A stretch of DNA of 64,000 nt from Chloroflexota bacterium (GTDB taxonomy: Bacteria > Chloroflexota > Limnocylindria > P2-11E > CF-107), in assembly GCA_005881435.1 (NCBI GenBank), contig VBHP01000028.1, positions 71,003 to 135,002 on the forward strand, in the 5' to 3' direction. Below, in pieces: positions 55,310-64,000 of this stretch. The translations under genes were made by a program, and so were the position numbers. How positions within the stretch are numbered: the stretch's first letter is position 1; each line of letters opens with the position of its first letter. The notes under the pieces were generated by a model. That model saw only the letters and a program-made list of their open reading frames with translations, searched no databases and was not told the DNA's origin.

Positions 55310-55337
55310 GACGCGGAGATTGTGCTCCCTTTGGGCG

Positions 55338-55520
55338 CTATTGACCCCAGAAGCGGCGGTCTTCTTCCTCGTCGCTGCGGGCCTTGCGGTGCGGGCAGTA
55401 GCGGTTCTTACAGTTGTGCGGCTGGTTCCACACCACCAAAAGCATCAGTGCGGAGACTCCGCACGTGATCGAGAACAGCAGCGCGGTCATGGCTTCGCCG
55501 GTGAAGCCGAGGTCGTTCAT
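55338..55520 (-). CDS. 60-aa single-TM protein with HNCKNRYCPH motif
   Basis: One hydrophobic helix, a Cys/His cluster and an acidic tail; divergent from the kinase. Confidence 0.55.
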   Translation of the reverse strand: MNDLGFTGEAMTALLFSITCGVSALMLLVVWNQPHNCKNRYCPHRKARSDEEEDRRFWGQ

Positions 55521-55577
55521 TGCCCGCGGAGCCATGCATAGCCTGTGCCGCCCACGGCGCGATCGATAATCGCCGCG

Positions 55578-57347
55578 ATGGACGTCGCGCTGCGCGAGGC
55601 GAAGGCGCTGGAGCGGGGCATCGCCTTTGGCCGCTGGGGCGGTGTCGCTCTGGCGTTGGTCCTGGGACCGATCTTCCCGAACCTCTCGCTCCCCGCCGTG
55701 GTCGTGCTCGGGATCGGCATCGCGGCGTACAACGTCTGGGTCATGCGCGCGTCGTCGCGCGCGCTAACGCTCGCCGAGCATCGCCGCATCGAACGCCTGA
55801 CCTTCATGGCCGACCTCACGGCGCTCGCTGTGGGCATGCTGCTCTTCTCGCCGGACCCCTACTGGACCACGTTCCTCATCGTCCCGGTGGTCATCATGGC
55901 CGGCGCGTTCCGTTTCGGGAACGAGGGCGCCCTGGCGTCGAGCGTAGTGCTCGGGGTCTCGTATCTCGGGATCAGCGTGTTCCGCGCCATCGCTTTCGGT
56001 TACGGCATCGAACCGGAGCGTGTGCTGTTCCACCTCTCCGTTTTCGCCCTGACCGCCTTCATGGTCGAGCGCATCCTGCGCGAGGGGCGAGGCGTGCGCG
56101 CCGAGCGCGAGCGGCTGATCGGCGAGCTGCAACGCCGCATCGCCGAAGACGACGCTTTGGTCGAGGTCGGCCGCATCGTGGGCAGGCTCCGCGACCCAGC
56201 CGAGGTCGTTCCGGCCGTGCTCGAGGCCAGCCGGAAGGTCTTCCGCTTCGAACGCGCGACCGTGTTCACGATCGACGAGCATCGCGGCGAATACCGCGCC
56301 ATCTACCGCCTGACACCGTCCGGCGAGCCCCCCGGCGCGGCGCCGGCATTCGCGATCGGCGAGGGCCTCGTGGCCGCGGCGCTGGCGGAGGACCGGCCGC
56401 TGCTCGTGCGCGACGTGCTGAGCGATCCGCGCTACGTGCCGCGGCACATGCGCGAGCGCCGCCGCTCCGTGATCCTGGTGCCGCTCCGTGTCGCCGGACG
56501 TCCGGTCGCAGTGCTGTCGCTCTCGCGCGGGCTGCCGGACGAGTTCGGGCCGGAGGACCTTCGTCAGGCCGAGATCGTCGCCGCTTACGTCGCGCAGGTC
56601 CTGGAGAACGAGCGGCTCTTCGCCGAGGCGAGCCAGGCCGAGGCGCTGCGAGCCGCGGACCGCATGAAGGACGAGTTCCTCGCGACCGTGAGCCATGAGC
56701 TGCGCACGCCGCTCGCGGTCGTGCGTGGCGCCCTCGAGCTGCTGCAACGAGGTGTGGCGGCGCGCGAGCAGCTATTCGACCAAGCCACGCGCAATCTGGA
56801 GCGATTGAGCCACAGCGTCCAGGACCTGATCGATCTGGCGCAGCTGCGCGAGGCGCGCGTCGAGCTCGAGCGGGAGTACACCTCCGCGCGCGACCTGCTT
56901 GAAGAGACCTCGCGCGCGCACCAGCTCCTGGCGACGCAGCGCGGCCAGAGTCTGATCGTCGAAGGACGGGCGGATCTGCCGCCCGCATACGTCGATCGCG
57001 CGCGTATGCTTCAGGTCCTCGGAAACGTGGTTGCCAACGCCATTCACTACGGCCCGCTGGACGCGCCGATCACACTGTTCTGCGAGCATGTCGACGATGA
57101 GCTTCGCTTCCGCATCGTGGACCGCGGACCCGGCGTGTCCGTCGACGAGCGCGACCGCATCTTCGAACGCTTCTACCGCGCCGAGGCCACGCGCGACACC
57201 GTCTCAGGCACCGGGCTCGGGCTCGCCATCGCGCGCCGCCTCATCGAGCTGCATGGCGGCCGGATCTGGTTCGAGGACGCCGAGCCCGGGAGCGCGTTCG
57301 TGATCGCCGTGCCTCTGGACACGACCAACGCCGAGGCCGCGTCATGA
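55578..57347 (+). CDS. Membrane sensor histidine kinase with GAF domain
   Basis: TM region, GAF, VSHELRTPL, QVLGNVVANA, DRGPG, GTGLGLAI. Confidence 0.95.
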   Translation: MDVALREAKALERGIAFGRWGGVALALVLGPIFPNLSLPAVVVLGIGIAAYNVWVMRASSRALTLAEHRRIERLTFMADLTALAVGMLLFSPDPYWTTFLIVPVVIMAGAFRFGNEGALASSVVLGVSYLGISVFRAIAFGYGIEPERVLFHLSVFALTAFMVERILREGRGVRAERERLIGELQRRIAEDDALVEVGRIVGRLRDPAEVVPAVLEASRKVFRFERATVFTIDEHRGEYRAIYRLTPSGEPPGAAPAFAIGEGLVAAALAEDRPLLVRDVLSDPRYVPRHMRERRRSVILVPLRVAGRPVAVLSLSRGLPDEFGPEDLRQAEIVAAYVAQVLENERLFAEASQAEALRAADRMKDEFLATVSHELRTPLAVVRGALELLQRGVAAREQLFDQATRNLERLSHSVQDLIDLAQLREARVELEREYTSARDLLEETSRAHQLLATQRGQSLIVEGRADLPPAYVDRARMLQVLGNVVANAIHYGPLDAPITLFCEHVDDELRFRIVDRGPGVSVDERDRIFERFYRAEATRDTVSGTGLGLAIARRLIELHGGRIWFEDAEPGSAFVIAVPLDTTNAEAAS

Positions 57348-58042
57348 CGCGGATCCTGGTCATCGACGACGAGCCCGACGTGACCTCGCTCGTCGCAGTC
57401 GCGCTCGAGCACGACGACGGCAAGAAGGTCGTGTCCCAGTGCAACGACGCCGCCAGCGCGATCGGCCGCATCGCCGCCGACGCGCCCGACGTGGTCATTC
57501 TCGACATCGCCATGCCGCGGCTGGAAGGGTTCGCGATCCTCGAGGAGCTCCGGCGCGAGGGGAATCAGGTACCGGTGATCCTGCTGACCGCCAAGGGCCT
57601 GGAGCAGGACAAGGTGCGGGGCCTGGAGCTGGGCGCGGACGACTACGTCACCAAGCCGTTCAGCACCAAGGAGCTCGCCGCGCGCGTGGAAGCGGTGCTC
57701 CGGCGCTACCGCGCCTCGGACCGCGCCTCTCGCTCCAAGGTCTTCGAGCACGACGGACTACGCGTCGACTTCGCCACCCGCGACGTCACCGTCGACGGTC
57801 AGCCCATCCGGCTCACGCCGACCGAGTACGAGCTGCTCGCGCACCTGGTGTCCAATCGCGATCGCGTGCTCGAGCACCGGGCCCTGCTGGCGAAGGTCTG
57901 GGGGCCGGAGTACGCCGACGAGGTGCACTACCTGAAGGTGTACATCGGGCGCCTGCGCGCAAAGCTCGAAGGCGACCAGCAGCGGCCGCGGTACATCGAG
58001 ACCGTGCGCGGCGTCGGCTACCGCTTCCCCGCGTCGCACTAG
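57344..58042 (+). CDS. OmpR/KdpE-type response regulator
   Basis: IDDE, LDIAMP, TAK, KPF, LTPTEYELL, ETVRGVGYRF. Confidence 0.95.
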   Translation: MTRILVIDDEPDVTSLVAVALEHDDGKKVVSQCNDAASAIGRIAADAPDVVILDIAMPRLEGFAILEELRREGNQVPVILLTAKGLEQDKVRGLELGADDYVTKPFSTKELAARVEAVLRRYRASDRASRSKVFEHDGLRVDFATRDVTVDGQPIRLTPTEYELLAHLVSNRDRVLEHRALLAKVWGPEYADEVHYLKVYIGRLRAKLEGDQQRPRYIETVRGVGYRFPASH

Positions 58043-58116
58043 CAAGCGCCCGTCCGGCCGAGCGGGGCCGCGCACGCGCGCCGGCCATCCGTGCGACGAG
58101 GCGGCATGTGATATGC

Positions 58117-58141
58117 GGAACCCGCCGACACTGAAGACGTC
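58117..58141 (+). promoter_or_regulatory. Candidate ECF promoter GGAAC-N16-CGTC
   Basis: Typical envelope-stress ECF motif upstream of the VanW-family gene. Confidence 0.5.
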
Positions 58142-58176
58142 TCATCTAACACGCCCCAGTGACACGAAAGGAATTC

Positions 58177-59928
58177 ATGTCGGCACAGGTCCGCGCACTG
58201 CGTTCGCTTCCGCGCTTGCCCACGCCAGCGGCCATTGGCGTCCTGCTCAGTGCGGTCGTTCCGCTGGCGCTGGTCGCGCTCGCGCTTTCGGCGCAGCTCG
58301 CCTTCGCTGATCGCGTGCTGCCGGGCGTGCGCGTCGACGGCATCGACCTCGGTGGGTTGACGCTGTCGGAGGCGCGCGATCGGATCGACGCCGCGGCCGC
58401 GCGGCTGCAGGGCCAATCCGTGACCGTGTCCGCCGGTGATCGCGAGTGGCGCACGACGTATGCGGATCTCGGCGTGTCGGCCGATGCCGAAGCTGGGCTC
58501 GCGCGTGCCGCAGCCTTCGGTCATGAGGGCTCGGCGGTGACGCGACTGCGCGCCTGGAGCGATGCGCTCATCGCCGGCGTTGATCTGTCCCTGCCGCGCG
58601 TCGCCACCGACGACCGCCTGGCGCGATTCGTAGCCGGAGCGGCGCAACAGGTCGATCGGGCCGCCGTCGACGCCACCGTTGTCGTCGGCGCCGACGGCGT
58701 GACGGTGACGCCGGCGCAGAACGGTTCGCGACTGCCGCAAACGCAGGTCGTATTCGATGCTCTCGCGTCCGGTCCAGTGGGAGCGCGCGTCGTAGACGTC
58801 GCCCTCGAGACCGTCGCTCCGGAGATCGGCGACGGTCTGTCGCGGCCGGCGGCGGATCAGGCCGGCGCAGCCTTCGCGCCGCTCGCGGTGAGCCTGGGCG
58901 GAACGACGGTCGACGTCCCCGCCGCTCGCGCCGGCTCGCTGCTGCGCATAGAAAAGGAGGCGGTCGACGGCATCGTCCGGCTGAAGGTCGCAGTCGATCC
59001 CGCCGGGCTCGACGCGCTCGTTGCCGATGTCGCGGCGAAGCTCGACCGTCCGGCGCGGGACGCCACCCTGCGTGCGGCGGCGAACGGGTTCGAGGTCATT
59101 CCCTCCCAGGACGGCGTGAGCGTGGATCGCGACGCGCTGCGGACCGCACTGAGCAGCGCACTCTTCGGCAGCGGGGAGGGCCGATCGATCACGCCCAAGA
59201 CAGCGATCGTGACGTCGCGTCTCACTACGCAGGCGGCGAAGCAATTCGCCGGTCAGATGACACTGGTCTCGACGTACACGACGTACTTCCCGGTGAATCC
59301 CTCGCGTGGCACGAACATCCGCCTCGGGTCGAGCCGGTTCAATGGTCTGGTGATCGCGCCCGGTGCCTCGTTCTCGTTCTGGAATAACATCGGCAACGTT
59401 TCCTACGCCACCGGATTCGTGGACTCCGGCGCGATCATCGACGGCAAGTCGGACACCGCGCTGGGCGGCGGCCTGTGCCAGGTCTCGACGACACTGTTCA
59501 ACGCGGTCGTGCGTGCCGGGTACCAGATCGACGAGCGTGGCCCGCATTCTTATTACATCGAGCGCTATCCCATCGGTCTGGACGCGGCGGTGTTCTCGCC
59601 GGGGCAAGACTTCCGCTGGACCAACGACACCCCGTATCCGGTGCTGATCCGCACCTCGTCGAGCTCGTCCTCGGTGACGTTCTCGCTGTACAGCGTGCCA
59701 ACCGGACGCGTCACCACGTTCTCGGGTGCCTCGCAGGCGAACCTGGCGATGCCGTCGAAGGATCAGTTCGCCGATCCGGCGTACCCCCGGGGCTATGTCG
59801 TGCGCGGCCGCGACGTTTCGGTGACGCGCACCGTTATGGCCAACGGCGCGCTGGTGCGCCGCGACGTTTTCTACAGCCACTACTCGCCGGTGTGGGGCGG
59901 TTCGGCAACGACTCTGACTGTGCGCTAA
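58177..59928 (+). CDS. VanW-family protein with peptidoglycan-binding repeats
   Basis: TM anchor, GV.V.GIDLGG, R.TNI.L, PG..FSF, GGGLCQVSTTLFNA, ER.PHS. Confidence 0.92.
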   Translation: MSAQVRALRSLPRLPTPAAIGVLLSAVVPLALVALALSAQLAFADRVLPGVRVDGIDLGGLTLSEARDRIDAAAARLQGQSVTVSAGDREWRTTYADLGVSADAEAGLARAAAFGHEGSAVTRLRAWSDALIAGVDLSLPRVATDDRLARFVAGAAQQVDRAAVDATVVVGADGVTVTPAQNGSRLPQTQVVFDALASGPVGARVVDVALETVAPEIGDGLSRPAADQAGAAFAPLAVSLGGTTVDVPAARAGSLLRIEKEAVDGIVRLKVAVDPAGLDALVADVAAKLDRPARDATLRAAANGFEVIPSQDGVSVDRDALRTALSSALFGSGEGRSITPKTAIVTSRLTTQAAKQFAGQMTLVSTYTTYFPVNPSRGTNIRLGSSRFNGLVIAPGASFSFWNNIGNVSYATGFVDSGAIIDGKSDTALGGGLCQVSTTLFNAVVRAGYQIDERGPHSYYIERYPIGLDAAVFSPGQDFRWTNDTPYPVLIRTSSSSSSVTFSLYSVPTGRVTTFSGASQANLAMPSKDQFADPAYPRGYVVRGRDVSVTRTVMANGALVRRDVFYSHYSPVWGGSATTLTVR

Positions 59929-60042
59929 AGCCGAGCAAGCAAGCGCGCGTTTACTTCGACTCAGTACGGATGTACTAGAGGGAATCGGCCCGGTTTCACC
60001 ATTCCCAGATGCGGCCTCCGCGGCGTTCACTGTGCTGAACAG

Positions 60043-61692
60043 ATGAGCGTGCAACCGGCCCGATTCGAATGGCTTCGCGAAGTCGTCGCCAACCTCCCCG
60101 TGGTGCTGTTCGCGATCGACAGCGAGGGTACGTTCGTGCTCGCGGAGGGCGGCGCGCTCCAGCACCTCGGCTTCGCGCCGGGACAGATCGTCGGCCGTTC
60201 GGCATTCGAGGTCTACGGGGACGCGCCCGATGGCACCGCCGGCGTCACGCGCGCGCTCGAGGGCGAATCGGTACGCATGACCGCCGACGTCGGCGACAGC
60301 ACCTTCGACGTCCAGCTCGTTCCCGTCAGCGGCGACGAGCGTTTCGCCGTGCTCGGTCTGTCGATCGACGTAAGCGAGCACCGTCGCGTGCGCGAAGAGC
60401 TCGAGCATCTCGCGCTGCACGATCCGCTCACCGGTCTGCCGAATCGCGCACTGCTGCTGGACCGGCTGGGGCAGGCGATCCGCAACGCGCGCCGCGAGGA
60501 AGCCGGCGCGGCGCTGCTGCTGATGGACCTCGATCGTTTCAAGGAGGTCAACGATCGCTTCGGACATCCGGCCGGCGACGAGCTGCTGCGGCAGGTCGCG
60601 GCGCGACTGCAGGCCAACGTGCGCGACGTCGACACCGTCGCGCGTCTCGGCGGCGACGAGTTCGCGATCGTCTTGCCCGGCGCGGCGCTCGTCGCCGCGG
60701 GTCGCGTCGCGCGCGCCGTCCGTCGCGCGCTGGAAACACCGTTCGCCACCAACGGCGAGCTTCTCGACGTGCAGCCCTCCGTCGGCGTCGCGCTCGTTCC
60801 CGAGCACGGCGTCGATCCCGATACGCTCCTGCGCCGCGCCGACATCGCCATGTACGTCGCGAAGCGGAGCGGGTCGGGCACCACCATCTTCTCCAGCGAG
60901 CACGAGCTCGGCGGCGCAAGTCGGCTCTCCCTCCTAGCCGACCTGCGCGCCGGGCTCGAGCGCGACGAGCTCGTCCTGGATTACCAGCCGGAAGTGGAGC
61001 TCGCGACCGGCCGCGTCGCGCACATCGAAGCGCTGGTGCGCTGGCGCCATCCGACGCGCGGCCTACTGTCGCCGGAGCAGTTCATCCCGCTCGCCGAGGA
61101 GGGCGGACTCATCCGCCGGCTGACGACGTGGGTGCTTCGTCACGCGCTCGCCGATTGCCGCGCCTGGCGTGCCTCCGGCCTCTCGTCCGGCGTCTCGGTC
61201 AACCTGTCGATGCGCGACCTGCTCGATTCGCGGCTGCCGCAGCGGGTGTCGTCGCTGGCCGGCGCGGCGCGCGCGGACGTGCGCTGGTTGTCGCTCGAGC
61301 TCACCGAGAGCGCCCTGATGTCGGATCCGCCGCGCGCCGTCGACGTGGTCGCGCGACTGCGCCGCCTTGGGGCGCGGGTCGCCATCGACGACTTCGGGAC
61401 GGGCTATTCGTCGCTGGCGTACCTGCACCGTCTCGCCGTGGACGAGGTCAAGATCGATCGCTCCTTCGTCCGCGAGCTGCCGGGTTCGAACGCGCGCGCG
61501 GTGGTGCGCGCCGGCGTGGACCTCGCGCACAGTCTCGGCTGTGTCGCCGTCGGCGAGGGTGTCGAGGGACGGCGTGGCTGGGAGGCGCTGGCGGCGCTCG
61601 GCTGCGACGCGGCGCAGGGGTGGTACGTCGCCCGACCGATGCCGGCCTCGGCGCTGCTGGCCTGGCGCGCCGAGAGCGCGGTCTCGAAGTAA
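60043..61692 (+). CDS. PAS-GGDEF-EAL protein
   Basis: HDPLTGLPNR, RDVD I-site, RLGGDEF, IEALVRW, DDFGTGYSSL. Confidence 0.95.
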   Translation: MSVQPARFEWLREVVANLPVVLFAIDSEGTFVLAEGGALQHLGFAPGQIVGRSAFEVYGDAPDGTAGVTRALEGESVRMTADVGDSTFDVQLVPVSGDERFAVLGLSIDVSEHRRVREELEHLALHDPLTGLPNRALLLDRLGQAIRNARREEAGAALLLMDLDRFKEVNDRFGHPAGDELLRQVAARLQANVRDVDTVARLGGDEFAIVLPGAALVAAGRVARAVRRALETPFATNGELLDVQPSVGVALVPEHGVDPDTLLRRADIAMYVAKRSGSGTTIFSSEHELGGASRLSLLADLRAGLERDELVLDYQPEVELATGRVAHIEALVRWRHPTRGLLSPEQFIPLAEEGGLIRRLTTWVLRHALADCRAWRASGLSSGVSVNLSMRDLLDSRLPQRVSSLAGAARADVRWLSLELTESALMSDPPRAVDVVARLRRLGARVAIDDFGTGYSSLAYLHRLAVDEVKIDRSFVRELPGSNARAVVRAGVDLAHSLGCVAVGEGVEGRRGWEALAALGCDAAQGWYVARPMPASALLAWRAESAVSK

Positions 61693-61839
61693 CGCGATAG
61701 CGGCCCGTCTCGATACCGCGATCAACTTAGTCGACGGCACAGAAGATCTTTTACATTCGCACGACCATCCGTCGCCGCGCCCGGCTCAGCGATTGCGTCC
61801 GGCGATGACTATCATTCGGCTCTCCAGGAGGCCACACCG

Positions 61840-62712
61840 TTGACCACCCTCGACTCTGGCACCCGTGCGCGATTGCCCGACAGCGCCTTCGCGTACGTCG
61901 ACGCAACGGGCAAACGGCGGCTGCCGATCCACGACGCCTCGCACGTTCGGAACGCGCTCGCCCGCTTCGACCAGACCGCCTTCGAGGACGACGACGCTCG
62001 GGAACGCGCCCGCCAGCGCCTGCTGCGAGCGGCGAAGAAGTACGGCATCGTGCCGCTCGGCTTCTTCGACGGGCAGCTGCGCAAGGAGCGAACGCAGGGC
62101 GCGCTCGAAGCCCGCGCCATCGACGTCAAGCAGCTGCCGCGCGGGACCGTGACCTTCCTGTTCACCGACATCGAGGGCTCGACCGCGCTCATCCGTCAGC
62201 TCGGCGACGGCTACGCGACCGTGTTGCGGCGGGTGCGAACGATCATCCGCGCCGGCGTCCGCAAAGAGGATGGCCACGAGGTCGACAGCCGGGCCGATGA
62301 GTTCTTCGCCGTGTTCCGCGCGCAAGATGCGGCGCTGAAAGCCGCGCTGGAGATCCAGCGCTGCTTGCCAAAGCGCGAATGGCCCCGACGTGCCGCGGTC
62401 CGGGTGCGTATCGGCATCCACACCGGGCGTCCGAGGATCAGCGAGACCGGCTACATCGGCATCGCCGTCCACACCGCGGCGCGGGTGTGCTGGGCCGCGC
62501 ACGGCGGGCAAATCCTGCTGAGCGCTGCCGTGCGCGACGGCATTGACGGACAGGTCGACGGCATCACCATGCGCAGCCTCGGCCGTCATGTCCTGGCCGG
62601 ATTGCCGGAGCCAGAGCTGTTGTTCCAGGTCGTGGCGTCGGACCTGCGCACGGATTTCCCGGCGCCGCGGGTTGCGACGAACGGCCCCCAGGATCCAGCG
62701 GCTGCGCGGTAG
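61840..62712 (+). CDS. DUF6582-like domain fused to a class III nucleotidyl cyclase
   Basis: AGGAGG then TTG; N-terminal RARLPDSAFAY...PIHDASHVRNALARF; C-terminal FTDIEGST, ADEF, RIGIHTG, VHTAARV. Confidence 0.85.
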   Translation: MTTLDSGTRARLPDSAFAYVDATGKRRLPIHDASHVRNALARFDQTAFEDDDARERARQRLLRAAKKYGIVPLGFFDGQLRKERTQGALEARAIDVKQLPRGTVTFLFTDIEGSTALIRQLGDGYATVLRRVRTIIRAGVRKEDGHEVDSRADEFFAVFRAQDAALKAALEIQRCLPKREWPRRAAVRVRIGIHTGRPRISETGYIGIAVHTAARVCWAAHGGQILLSAAVRDGIDGQVDGITMRSLGRHVLAGLPEPELLFQVVASDLRTDFPAPRVATNGPQDPAAAR

Positions 62713-62727
62713 GCGCACGCGAGCTTC

Positions 62728-62756
62728 TGTCGAAAAGACCGCTCGTCATTCGATAG
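62728..62756 (+). promoter_or_regulatory. Candidate ECF42-type promoter TGTCGA-N17-CGATAG
   Basis: Matches the TGTCGA/CGA motif reported for ECF42 and lies upstream of a DGPF-ECF42 operon. Confidence 0.6.
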
Positions 62757-62800
62757 ATGGATGAGGGCCTGAACTAGGGTCCAACAAGGAGGAGACAGAA

Positions 62801-63148
62801 ATGCGTGTGCTCGTGCTGGCAAAGGAAGAACAGCAGACAAGGGCGGCGACTCCCCCGACTCCAGAGGCTATGGCGGAGCACCAGAGGTTCAACGGAGAGC
62901 TCGTCAAGGCCGGAGTCGTTGTGGGAGCTGGCCGTCTCTCCCCGAGCGCGCAGGGTAAGCGGGTTCAGTTCGAGGGGAAGAAGCGCACCGTCATCGACGG
63001 ACCGTTCGCCGAGAGCAAGGAGCTCGTGGCCGGGTACTGGCTGTGGGAAGTGCGCTCGATCGATGAGGCCCTCGAGTGGCTCAAGCGGGCACCCTACGAC
63101 GGCGGGACCTTCGAGGTCCGTCAGGTCTCTCAGTACGAGGGTGCATGA
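62801..63148 (+). CDS. YciI/DGPF-family protein
   Basis: VIDGPFAESKELVAGYW; AGGAGG RBS. Confidence 0.93.
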   Translation: MRVLVLAKEEQQTRAATPPTPEAMAEHQRFNGELVKAGVVVGAGRLSPSAQGKRVQFEGKKRTVIDGPFAESKELVAGYWLWEVRSIDEALEWLKRAPYDGGTFEVRQVSQYEGA

Positions 63149-64000
63149 GGCAGACCTCGCTGCCCTCTGATACGCATCGCGCGATCGAAGCGATCTGGCG
63201 TATCGAGTCGGCCCGGCTCATCGCCGGGCTCGCTCGCCTCGTCGGCGATATCGGGACGGCTGAGGAGCTCGCACAGGACGCGCTCGTCGCCGCGCTCGAG
63301 CAGTGGCCCACATCGGGCGTACCGGAGAGGCCGGGCCCCTGGCTGATGGCGACGGCAAAGCATCGGGCGATCGATCTGATCCGCCGGCGCAAGACACTCG
63401 AGCGCAAGTACGAAGAGCTCGGACGCGATATCGAGCGAGATCATGATCGCAGGGACGTGGACGCCGCGATCGACGAGGAGGTCGGGGACGATCTTCTCGG
63501 CCTCATTTTCATGGCGTGCCACCCCGTCCTCTCCAAGGACGCTCGTATCGCGCTCACCCTTCGCGTCCTGGGCGGTCTCACAACAGAAGAGATTGCACGG
63601 GCGTTCCTTGTGCCGGTGTCGAGCATCGCGCAACGCATCGTTCGCGCGAAGCGGACCCTCGCCGAGGCGCACGTGCGGTTCGAGGTCCCGGGCGGACCCG
63701 AGCGCGCGGCGCGCCTGGCTTCGGTCCTCGAGGTGATCTACCTGATCTTCAACGAGGGTTATTCCGCGACCGCGGGCGAGGATTGGATCCGACCGGCGCT
63801 GTGCGAAGAGGCCTTGCGGCTCGGTCGCATTCTGGCGGAGCTCGCTCCGGGGGAGTCGGAGGTCCACGGCCTCGTCGCGCTCATGGAAATCCAGGCGTCG
63901 CGTCTAAGCGCTCGCGTCGGACCATCCGGTGAGCCCGTACTTTTGCTCGAGCAGGACCGGGCGCGCTGGGACCGCATGCTCGTCGGACGTGGCCTGGCGG
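63145..64000 (+). CDS. ECF42-type sigma factor, 3' truncated
   Basis: Hand translation: AIWRIESARLIAGLAR...AEELAQDAL.AALEQWP, LIFMACHPVL, EIARAFLV, YLIFNEGY; ATGA overlap with the DGPF gene. Confidence 0.92.
   Translation, partial: MRQTSLPSDTHRAIEAIWRIESARLIAGLARLVGDIGTAEELAQDALVAALEQWPTSGVPERPGPWLMATAKHRAIDLIRRRKTLERKYEELGRDIERDHDRRDVDAAIDEEVGDDLLGLIFMACHPVLSKDARIALTLRVLGGLTTEEIARAFLVPVSSIAQRIVRAKRTLAEAHVRFEVPGGPERAARLASVLEVIYLIFNEGYSATAGEDWIRPALCEEALRLGRILAELAPGESEVHGLVALMEIQASRLSARVGPSGEPVLLLEQDRARWDRMLVGRGLA

Noticed and set aside
59929-60042. Cyclic-dinucleotide riboswitch upstream of the GGDEF-EAL gene
   Set aside because: Only short hairpins (GGGAAT/ATTCCC) and no consensus motif.
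1-64000. tRNA, rRNA, IS/integrase, prophage or defence island
   Set aside because: No cloverleaf, rRNA signature, recombinase or phage structural gene was recognised; intergenic spaces are short.

Overview
A 64 kb window of a very GC-rich bacterial chromosome. Gene content and the frequent leaderless promoters are compatible with Chloroflexota or Actinomycetota, but this is inference only. No rRNA, tRNA, CRISPR array, transposase or integrase was found. Most of the window is housekeeping and accessory genes: several peptidases, MoeB, FolC, an aminotransferase and Nth. It also holds a large murein-sugar salvage region (nagZ, ABC transporter, kinase, ChbG-type deacetylase, namZ, two serine hydrolases, anmK, murQ), an arsR/arsM module, an envelope-redox cluster and a signalling-rich right end (HD-GYP, histidine kinase/response regulator, PAS-GGDEF-EAL, class III cyclase, ECF42). 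The most notable items are three tiny ORFs missing from the supplied ORF track, each with a good RBS and informative neighbours. (1) A 40-aa peptide with three DPVLPPGGG[K/R] repeats, divergent from a pseudo-receiver plus XRE-HTH/TPR (RRNPP-like) regulator. (2) A 53-aa Sec-signal peptide ending LPLNITWED, directly behind a membrane-anchored HD-GYP protein. (3) A 31-aa, 9-Cys metallothionein-like peptide between arsR and arsM. Also noted: a dispersed ~100-bp palindromic element in two copies, an anti-SD leader, a DUF6582-like/cyclase fusion, an MBL/propeller/S9 fusion and a frameshifted DUF4331 gene. Family assignments come from motif recognition by eye; no database searches were run.
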